Shown here one piece after another: positions 9,210 to 16,633 of a stretch of DNA of 64,000 bases. The translations under genes were made by a program, and so were the position numbers. Location: NCBI GenBank assembly GCA_038227875.1, contig JBBRPR010000005.1:171247-235246 (forward strand). The letters run 5' to 3'. Each line of letters begins with the position of its first letter. Position 1 is the stretch's first letter. The notes beneath the pieces were generated by a model. The model made no database searches and was not told the origin of the DNA. It saw only the letters and a list, made by a program, of their open reading frames with translations. The DNA comes from Planctomycetota bacterium. Lineage in GTDB: Bacteria; Planctomycetota; SZUA-567; H5-PLA8.

Positions 9210-10631
9210 CTACCGCACGGTCGCCAGCAACGCCGTGATGCGGTCGACGGTGGTCTTCACCCCACCCTGCTGCTTCAGGAATTCATTGCGGCCCCGTTCG
9301 GCCATCGCGTTGGCGGACGCACGGTTCTTCACCAGATTTTCCAGTGCCGCGTAAAGCGTCTCGCGGGTTACCTGCACCGAACCGTTGCAGGCGCGCAGCA
9401 GGTCCATCGCTTCGTTGAAGTTGTGCATGTGCGGACCGTGGACGATGGGCAAGCCCATGCCGCAGGGTTCCATCACGTTCTGGCCGCCGTGCGGTATCAG
9501 CGAGCCGCCGACAAAAGCGATGTCGGAGATCGCGTACATGTTGCCCAGCTCGCCGACCGTATCGATCAGCAGCACCCACGCGTTGCGCTGCGTCTTGTCG
9601 AGCTCCGCCAGGCACGCTTCGATGCCGCGTTCACGAATTTGCGAAAAACAGATCGCGCGCAGACCGGCCGTCTGGATTTCGCCGAGCACTTCCTTCGTCC
9701 GCTCCGGATGGCGCGGGACGAGGATCAGTCGCAGATTCGCTTCGCGGCTTTCGCGCAGGCGCATGTAGGCGCGGATCAATTCGCCTTCTTCCGTACGGTG
9801 CGTGCTGCCGCCGATCAGGACCACGGCATCGAGCGGAATGCCGTAGGTGCCGCGCCGATTTTCGCGCTCATCGCGCTGCGGCATGCGGGTCTTGATCGCG
9901 TCGTACTTGATGTTGCCGCAGACTTCGATGCGCTTGGAATCGACGCCCAGTTCTTTGAGACGTTTGGCGTATTCGTCGCTCTGCGCCAGCCAGCGCCGCA
10001 CGCGTAAAAACGCGCCGCCCGCCAGGAACCAGAAGCGCCGGTAGCGCCGGGCGGAGCGTTCCGTGACGCGCGCGTTGGCGACGATGATCGGAATGCCGCG
10101 CGCCACGGCCTCGGCGGTCATGTTCGGCCACACTTCCAGTTCCATCAACACGATCACGTCGGGATGGATGCGGTCGAGGAAGCGCTTTACCGAGAATGAA
10201 AAATCGTGCGGATAGTAGACCACGTTCTCGCCGCCGAACCGTTTGCGCGCGACTTCCTGGCCGGTGACGGTCGTGGTGCTGACGACGACGTCCAGGTTCG
10301 GCTGCGCTTCGCGGAGCTGTTTCACCAGCGGCTCGGCGGCCTGCGCTTCACCGACGGAGACGGCGTGAATCCAGACGCGCTGCCGGTTCTGGCTGCGGGT
10401 GATGACGTTGCCGAGCTTGGCCGACAATCCTGCGGAGAGTTTGCGCTTGATCAGCTTGCGGTAGAGAAAGTAAGGAATCAGCGCGAGTGCGGCGGAGAAA
10501 TACAGCAGGTCCAGCAGGCGCGAAGCCCCGCCCGTGCGCGGAATGCCGCCGGGGTCGCCCGTGCCACCCCCCGCCGGCTCGGAAATCTCCCCGGTAAGTC
10601 GAGCGCTCTGTTTGGACGATGAACTTGGCAC
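9210..10631 (-). CDS. waaA: 3-deoxy-D-manno-octulosonic acid (Kdo) transferase
   Basis: WIHAVSVGE, ELEVWPN, GNIKYD, GSTH, LVPRHPER, FVGGSLIPHGGQN; start approximate. Confidence 0.95.
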   Translation of the reverse strand: MPSSSSKQSARLTGEISEPAGGGTGDPGGIPRTGGASRLLDLLYFSAALALIPYFLYRKLIKRKLSAGLSAKLGNVITRSQNRQRVWIHAVSVGEAQAAEPLVKQLREAQPNLDVVVSTTTVTGQEVARKRFGGENVVYYPHDFSFSVKRFLDRIHPDVIVLMELEVWPNMTAEAVARGIPIIVANARVTERSARRYRRFWFLAGGAFLRVRRWLAQSDEYAKRLKELGVDSKRIEVCGNIKYDAIKTRMPQRDERENRRGTYGIPLDAVVLIGGSTHRTEEGELIRAYMRLRESREANLRLILVPRHPERTKEVLGEIQTAGLRAICFSQIRERGIEACLAELDKTQRNAWVLLIDTVGELGNMYAISDIAFVGGSLIPHGGQNVMEPCGMGLPIVHGPHMHNFNEAMDLLRACNGSVQVTRETLYAALENLVKNRASANAMAERGRNEFLKQQGGVKTTVDRITALLATVR

Positions 10632-10699
10632 CGTGCTTGTATTAAAAGGTTGTGGAGCTTGGCGCAAGTAATTCGTGTAGCAGGCTACCGCCTGTTTGC

Positions 10700-13006
10700 C
10701 TAGTCCCACCACAAATACAGCGAGTGGCTCTTCTTCAATTCATCGGCCAGCGCCTTCACGTCGCCGCAGCCCTGGTCCACCACGTCCGGGCAGAATTCAT
10801 AGAGTTTCTTCGCTAGTGCAGCGGGTTTCTTGAGTGCTGTCAGAAATCGCCCGGTGATGAAATCGTTACCCGCACCCAGGAGGATAAATGGCTGTTCGGT
10901 TTCGAGTTCCTTCAGGAATTCAATGATGCCTCCGGGGCCCACGTCGTAATTCTGTCCGTTGGTCTGCAGCGCGGCGATCACGGCGTAGCGATCGGCGGTT
11001 GGCGCCAGCATCAGCGCTGTGGCGTCAGTGGCATCGCGCTGAAAGAGATAACAGCCGTCGCCGATGAATTCGCGGTGAAGCTTTTCCAGTTCGACGGTGC
11101 GTGTTGAGCGCACATCGCATCGATAAAGTCCGGGCGCCGCTGCAACTGGGACGCAAGGATTCCCGCATCGTTCCGCCAGTTTCGCGACGGCCGCGTGAAA
11201 TTTTGCAGAGCTGCCAGCAGCGGAAAAATCAAGCTTCGGAGTTTCCGGCCCCCACTTCTTGTCGTTCTTTGCCAACCGTTTCGCGCGCTCCTCCCCCTCT
11301 TTCCGGCGGGCCACCGCCAGACGCGGCGTCTCCTTCACCTCAAGCTTTGCCCCATACTTGATCAATATCTCGCGAGCCTGTTTCCATTTCTCTGCTTTCA
11401 GCAATGGAGTTTCACCACTGTCATTCGGAATGTTTGGGTCTGCTTTGTGTTGCAACAGGAACTCCAGCACGGGAAGTCTCGGTGTTCTTATGGCGGTAAA
11501 GAGCGCCGTCTCTCCTGATTTTGCGTGCTGCGCGTTGATGTCAGCCCCATACCGCAATAACAACTCGGCCAGCGCGATATGTCCTTCTCCTGCACAAATC
11601 ATCAGCGGAGTACCATCGCGCGGATCCTGCGCGTTGATTTCGGCGCCCGCGTCGATCAGCAATTGAGCAAGCACCTGCACTTCCGCATCCGGCAACAATC
11701 TGGATTCATGCGTCGTTCCCGTTTGGGAATAAAACGCACGGCCTTTTGCATTCGGTGCCGGTGGACTGGAGTCATCCACTTGATATTCCCGGGTCGCTTT
11801 CGCAACCGTAGCGATAAGCAACCCCAAGGTCTTTCGATCGGTCTTTGTCAATTTCGGGCGATCAGCCAAAAACTTCCTAAGTAGCGGATTAGTTAGCTCG
11901 GAATTTCCCGTTTTTAACGCCGCCTGAAGTGGAAATGATTTGTGCTTATTTTTAGCATCAGGCTTCGCACCCGCAGCCAACAGCATGGTTACAACTGGAA
12001 TATGAATCGCATTTGTGGCGAGCAGTAGCGCTGTCGTTCCGTCGAGATCGGATTTCTCAGTGTCCGCGTGTGCTTCCAACAAATCTTTGACACATTCAAA
12101 ATGCCCCTTGCGCGCCGCCAACATCAGCGCCGTCAATCCGAGATGATCGGCGGCGTTGACCTGAGCACCGGCGTACAGCAATAATCGCAGCGCTTCCGGT
12201 TGATTGTACTCAGCGGCATTCATCAATGCCGTGCGCGCCAGGCGACAATTGACAAACCGTTCGCCGCCCAACGAGTAGCTCGAACGGGCGCGAGCCTGAT
12301 CATTATTGGCCGGGTCCGTGGTCGCATTCACGTTTGCACCCGCGGCGACAAGCAGTTTGATTGCCTCTGCATGCCCGTGGCGCGCGGCAAACATTAGCGC
12401 GGTCATGCCGCTCGGTACGCATTCGCAGTGGTCCGGATTGGAACATTTTTCCAGCACGGATTTCAAGGCGGCACAGTCGCCGGACTTTGCGGCCGCAATC
12501 AATTGCTCTGTCGCGGAAAAGGTCGTCTCTCTTTCCGCTTCGGTCAGAAGCGCCACGGCATCCGTGTGCCCACCCTCCTGCGCCCATTCTCGCGCGGTCC
12601 GATTGCTCCCGCCGTCGCGCAGGCGGACGTCGGCCCCGGCACCCAAGAGTTCACGCACAATCTCCGTATGACCATTCTTCGCGGCTTCCATCAGCGGCGT
12701 AATCTTGCTGCGATTGTCAGTGATAAAATTGGCCGTGGCGTTCACGTTCGCGCCCGCGGCAAGCAGCGCATTCACGAGATTCAACACGCCTTTTTTGCAA
12801 CAAGCCGTGACCAGCGGGGGGAAACCGGGCGGCTTATTGACGTCAGCGCCGGCCTTGATCAACAGCAACGCAATTGCTTCATGGCCCATGCCCACGGCGG
12901 TATTCAGCGGCAACAGAGGTGAATTGGGATTGACGTCTTCGCCTGCTTCAAGCGCACGCTTAACCGCGTCCACATCGCCGGCGTATTCCGCACCCGATAA
13001 ATTCAT
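10700..13006 (-). CDS. Ankyrin repeat protein with C-terminal DUF4253-like domain
   Basis: Many 'G.TALM.AA..GH' ankyrin repeats; C-terminal 'EFCPDVVDQG...LYLWWD'. Confidence 0.88.
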   Translation of the reverse strand: MNLSGAEYAGDVDAVKRALEAGEDVNPNSPLLPLNTAVGMGHEAIALLLIKAGADVNKPPGFPPLVTACCKKGVLNLVNALLAAGANVNATANFITDNRSKITPLMEAAKNGHTEIVRELLGAGADVRLRDGGSNRTAREWAQEGGHTDAVALLTEAERETTFSATEQLIAAAKSGDCAALKSVLEKCSNPDHCECVPSGMTALMFAARHGHAEAIKLLVAAGANVNATTDPANNDQARARSSYSLGGERFVNCRLARTALMNAAEYNQPEALRLLLYAGAQVNAADHLGLTALMLAARKGHFECVKDLLEAHADTEKSDLDGTTALLLATNAIHIPVVTMLLAAGAKPDAKNKHKSFPLQAALKTGNSELTNPLLRKFLADRPKLTKTDRKTLGLLIATVAKATREYQVDDSSPPAPNAKGRAFYSQTGTTHESRLLPDAEVQVLAQLLIDAGAEINAQDPRDGTPLMICAGEGHIALAELLLRYGADINAQHAKSGETALFTAIRTPRLPVLEFLLQHKADPNIPNDSGETPLLKAEKWKQAREILIKYGAKLEVKETPRLAVARRKEGEERAKRLAKNDKKWGPETPKLDFSAAGSSAKFHAAVAKLAERCGNPCVPVAAAPGLYRCDVRSTRTVELEKLHREFIGDGCYLFQRDATDATALMLAPTADRYAVIAALQTNGQNYDVGPGGIIEFLKELETEQPFILLGAGNDFITGRFLTALKKPAALAKKLYEFCPDVVDQGCGDVKALADELKKSHSLYLWWD

Positions 13007-13061
13007 GTGTGTTCCCTACTGAATACTGGCTGATATTACAATCAATAGTTTCTCAGACACC

Positions 13062-13082
13062 CCGGCAGGATGCCGGCGGTAC
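13062..13082 (-). repeat. Single REP-like hairpin
   Basis: Minus strand GTACCGCCGGCATCCTGCCGG just after the S8 stop codon (GTAC/GTAG-type leader plus hairpin). Confidence 0.45.
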
Positions 13083-13088
13083 GACGAC

Positions 13089-15980
13089 TCAGTTCTTCGC
13101 GTTTCCCGACTTCCCCGTGCTCTTGTAGAGCACGTTGAACGTTGCCTGGTAGATCGCGTCGGTTGTTTCCACGGTCACCGCGACCTGCCGGGAGCCGGTG
13201 CTCGCGGGGTCGCTGGCGGGGATCGCGGGTTTGCCGGTGGCGGGGTCGGCGGGCTGGTCGAAAATCGCGGCGAGGTTCAGCTTGTTGAAGGTCAGCTGAA
13301 TCTGGCCGCGCGTAAAATTGTGCTTCACGTTCAGCGACGTGGATTTGTAGCTCGCTTTGCGGTCCAGAATGATCGCGGGCGCGGGCTGGATGTTAGGCAG
13401 GATCACGTTGTTGATCGTGATCCGGACCGTCACGCCTTCGAATTTGCCATCGCGCAGGGCTTCGCGGGATTGCTGCGGAGTCATCACCAGATTGCGCGCG
13501 GTGAGCACCACCGACATGCGATCCTTCGATGCCTGCGGAAACTTCAAGCTCGCCTGCAGTTTCGTGGCGAAGGTCGACGGGTGCGGTTTGTCGACGATGA
13601 TCGTCACCGACGCGGTCGCCTGCTTGTTGTTGGTGTCCGTAATCGTGAGCGTCGCGATGAATGTGCCGATGGTCGTGTACGTGTGGCTCAAGCTGGGCAC
13701 GTTGCTGGTGTCGGTGTTGCCGTCGCCAAAATTCCAGATGTAACTGGTGATCGCGCCCGCGCTGCCCTGCGACGTGAAGGCGACGGTCAGCGGCGCAGTG
13801 CCTTCCGTCGGCGAGGCCTGGATGAGTGCCACCAGCGGCACGGGCTGGCGCGGCACGTTGACGCAGACGGCGAAGGGCTGCGAGCCGGACGGGATGCTCG
13901 TGGCTTTGATCACCACCGTCCAGACGCCGTCCATCGGTGAGTCGATAATGGTCTGCTCGATCGGGTCGACGGTGTTGGGTCCCGTGTTGGTCGCCAGCGC
14001 CAGCGGCGCGGCGGGGTTGATTGAGTACGGAAAATGAGTAACGCCGTTGGGATCGATCAGCGTCAGGTCCAGATCGTTGACCAGCGCTTTGGAAGCGGCG
14101 GGCGTTCCGGAAACGTCCATCCAGCAGAGCGTCGCTTTCAGTTGCGGCGTGCCGGAAAGGCTGAGCGTGAAGCTGGTGCTCTGACCGTTGGTCAGCGTAC
14201 CTTCGAAGAACGGACTGTTGGCCGCCGACGTCTGCAGCGCGATGGTGTTCACCGCGGCTTTGGCGTTGACGATGCCGAAGCCGTACATCACATCCGGGCC
14301 TTTGTTGCCCAGATCGGTGGCGGAATTGCAGAGCAGCGCTTTCATCAATGCGCCGCTGGGTTCGGAGCCGACGACGGCCTTGTAGGCCTGATCGACGAGC
14401 GCCGCGACACCGGTGACGACCGGCGTGGAGAACGACGTGCCGCTGGCAACTTGTGTGCTGTTGGTGCCGCTGTCGAGCGTCACGAATTCACCGAAGGCGA
14501 CGAGGTCGGGTTTGATGCGGCCGTCTTTCATCGGACCGAACTGGCTGAAGCCGGTGATGCCGTCGGACTGGGCGATCGGCGGGTTGTCGTCGCCGGCGCG
14601 CGCGCTGGAGCTGGTGGCGCCGACGCAGATCGTGTTCTTCGCGCCGACAAAAAAGTCGATGTGAGTGGTCGTCTGGCCGGGTTCTTCGTTGCCGGCAAAC
14701 ATACCCAGCAGGTTGCTGGACCGGATCGCGTTGTCCCAATCGGCGGAAATGGTCTGGTAGTCGCCGAACGTCGAAAGTCCGGTCGGCCCGTACGAATGGT
14801 TGGAGATGCGCGCGCCCTTCGAGCCGGCATCGACCACGTCGGCGCTGGAGAATGTCGCCGTGCCGGACGTAGGCACCGCGTACCCGAGCATCGTGACCGC
14901 GGGCGCAACGCCCTTGGCCGAGGGCTGCGTACTGCCGCTCGAACCAATCTGACCGGTGACGGCGGTGGCATGACTGACGTCTGCCGCCACCGATGAACCG
15001 GCGGTGATAAACGAAAGGCGGGAAATGAAGTCGAGATGCGAGGTCTGCTGCCCCAGTTCGCGAATCGCCACGCTGACGCCCGAACCGTTGAGACTGGGCG
15101 GCTTGTCGCGCACGTCGCTGATGTCCGATTCCAGATCCGTCGTCGCATCGCGCGAAGCGACCGGCGGCGGCGCGAATTCCACGAACGCGACGGCATCGAG
15201 CGCCGCAATGTCCATGGCCGCGTTGCGCGTCGCCACGATTTCAAAGCGCGGCCCAAGCACACTCGACGTCCACGCGTGAATCTGCGCGTCGGCCAGAGCA
15301 GGCGCCTGGCTGGCGGCCTGCTGGAGCGCATCGAGCGTCACGCTGCGATGTGTCAGCACCATGAAGCGCGTCTGCGTGCCATTCGGTTCTTGGGCGTACG
15401 CGGGCGTGTGGCCGGCGTAGATCTCCGGCTGCAGTTTGTCGCGCGGATCGATGCGGGCGACGGCGCGGACGAAGTCAAAATCCAGCGCGGCCTGGAAATC
15501 CGCCGGCGTCCCCCGCGCGTCCCACGCGTAACCGGCGACGTACGACAGCACTTCGATGCCGTGCGCGCGGAGTGTTTCGCGTTGCTGGGGAGTCGGGTGT
15601 TCGTAGAACTGGAGATACGCGGCTCTTGGCTCCTGGCTCTTGGCTTTTGGGAGCTCCGAGAACACTTGGCTGATCGCGGATCGGTCCGGGAGGAATGCGC
15701 GGGAGTTCAGTTCGACGACGTATTTGGAATCCACCTTCTTAATGGAGCTGACAAAGTCGCGGCGGGAGGCGTCGGAAAAGAATTCCCCATTTTCGCGCAC
15801 GGAATTCAGCGCGCCGCCCCAAAGCATCGGTTGAGGTGTGATATCTGTCGTTGCGGAAGTGTTATGCGGCGGGTTGGACGCGACGGTATTCTGGCCTGCA
15901 GGGTGTTGCCAAACCCAGAAACCAACAGCGATTAGAAGCAGGACGCCGAGGGAGATTCCCGCTTTGACGGTACGCGACAT
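13089..15980 (-). CDS. S8 (subtilisin-like) serine peptidase with PKD domain and uncharacterised C-terminal domain
   Basis: SHATAVTG, SNHSYG, AGNE, GRIKPDLVA, SGTSFSTP, NDLDL; PKD 'YIWNFGDG...HTY'; N-terminal hydrophobic anchor. Confidence 0.92.
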   Translation of the reverse strand: MSRTVKAGISLGVLLLIAVGFWVWQHPAGQNTVASNPPHNTSATTDITPQPMLWGGALNSVRENGEFFSDASRRDFVSSIKKVDSKYVVELNSRAFLPDRSAISQVFSELPKAKSQEPRAAYLQFYEHPTPQQRETLRAHGIEVLSYVAGYAWDARGTPADFQAALDFDFVRAVARIDPRDKLQPEIYAGHTPAYAQEPNGTQTRFMVLTHRSVTLDALQQAASQAPALADAQIHAWTSSVLGPRFEIVATRNAAMDIAALDAVAFVEFAPPPVASRDATTDLESDISDVRDKPPSLNGSGVSVAIRELGQQTSHLDFISRLSFITAGSSVAADVSHATAVTGQIGSSGSTQPSAKGVAPAVTMLGYAVPTSGTATFSSADVVDAGSKGARISNHSYGPTGLSTFGDYQTISADWDNAIRSSNLLGMFAGNEEPGQTTTHIDFFVGAKNTICVGATSSSARAGDDNPPIAQSDGITGFSQFGPMKDGRIKPDLVAFGEFVTLDSGTNSTQVASGTSFSTPVVTGVAALVDQAYKAVVGSEPSGALMKALLCNSATDLGNKGPDVMYGFGIVNAKAAVNTIALQTSAANSPFFEGTLTNGQSTSFTLSLSGTPQLKATLCWMDVSGTPAASKALVNDLDLTLIDPNGVTHFPYSINPAAPLALATNTGPNTVDPIEQTIIDSPMDGVWTVVIKATSIPSGSQPFAVCVNVPRQPVPLVALIQASPTEGTAPLTVAFTSQGSAGAITSYIWNFGDGNTDTSNVPSLSHTYTTIGTFIATLTITDTNNKQATASVTIIVDKPHPSTFATKLQASLKFPQASKDRMSVVLTARNLVMTPQQSREALRDGKFEGVTVRITINNVILPNIQPAPAIILDRKASYKSTSLNVKHNFTRGQIQLTFNKLNLAAIFDQPADPATGKPAIPASDPASTGSRQVAVTVETTDAIYQATFNVLYKSTGKSGNAKN

Positions 15981-16138
15981 GACTACTCCTGAAACTGTTA
16001 TTTCGCTGGGGGCATGAAGTTATGGAGCGCTCAAACGATAGGGATAGGGGCGCAGAAGTCAAGCGACCCGGGTTGAAGCGTTTCCGTAACCTTTGTGTTT
16101 GATAACCGTTAAAGGCTTACGAGGGTATCGGGTGAAAT

Positions 16139-16171
16139 AAAAAAAGCCGGGAACCTTGCGGTTCCCGGCTT
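16139..16171 (-). terminator. Intrinsic terminator
   Basis: Minus strand AAGCCGGGAACC-GCAA-GGTTCCCGGCTT followed by TTTTTATTT. Confidence 0.9.
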
Positions 16172-16280
16172 CTCTAAACGGCGTTGTCCGAACCTGTGGG
16201 GGGGAGAAAGTCCGTACGTCCGCCGTCTTCGAGACTTTTATCTGCGCTCTTTTTCGGGCCACTTGTCTTTCGTATTGATG
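16139..16280 (-). ncRNA. Candidate small RNA or attenuator/riboswitch leader (unassigned family)
   Basis: Lies between a near-consensus promoter and the terminator; internal hairpin GACGGCG...CGCCGTT with a C-rich loop. Confidence 0.5.
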
Positions 16281-16286
16281 GTTAAA

Positions 16287-16315
16287 CTTATACCACGCCT
16301 TTATTTGCGCGTCAA
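16287..16315 (-). promoter_or_regulatory. Sigma70-type promoter
   Basis: TTGACG-17 bp-TATAAG with extended -10 TG. Confidence 0.75.
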
Positions 16316-16459
16316 TCCGAAAACACGAATATTTCGCTAAATTATAACTAAATAACAGTTCAGTAGTTATATTCGTTTGGAGCACGATTTCGAGAAATAA
16401 TTTCTGATCTTCTTGAGAACTTTCTCTCCAAAAATCAATTGTTACATGCGCAGCGGCGA

Positions 16460-16493
16460 GCAGACCTTTGTGCCCAAAGGCACAAAGGTCTGC
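16460..16493. repeat. Perfect 15-bp inverted repeat upstream of glnD
   Basis: GCAGACCTTTGTGCC-CAAA-GGCACAAAGGTCTGC. Confidence 0.8.
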
Positions 16494-16633
16494 CTGAGGC
16501 TCAGGACTGCTCTCCGCACGGCTCCACGATTGTTTTCAGCGCTTCCGATTATTTGCCATTTCGTCACTCGACTTTCACTCTGAATCCTTCGACATTCGCT
16601 GCTCGAGTTACCAGCCAGGAGCGCCGTGCGACT

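Noticed and set aside
16059..16385. 108-aa ORF as a real gene
   Set aside because: It runs across a promoter and a strong terminator and has no recognisable motif; a short leader peptide from the internal GTG is not excluded.
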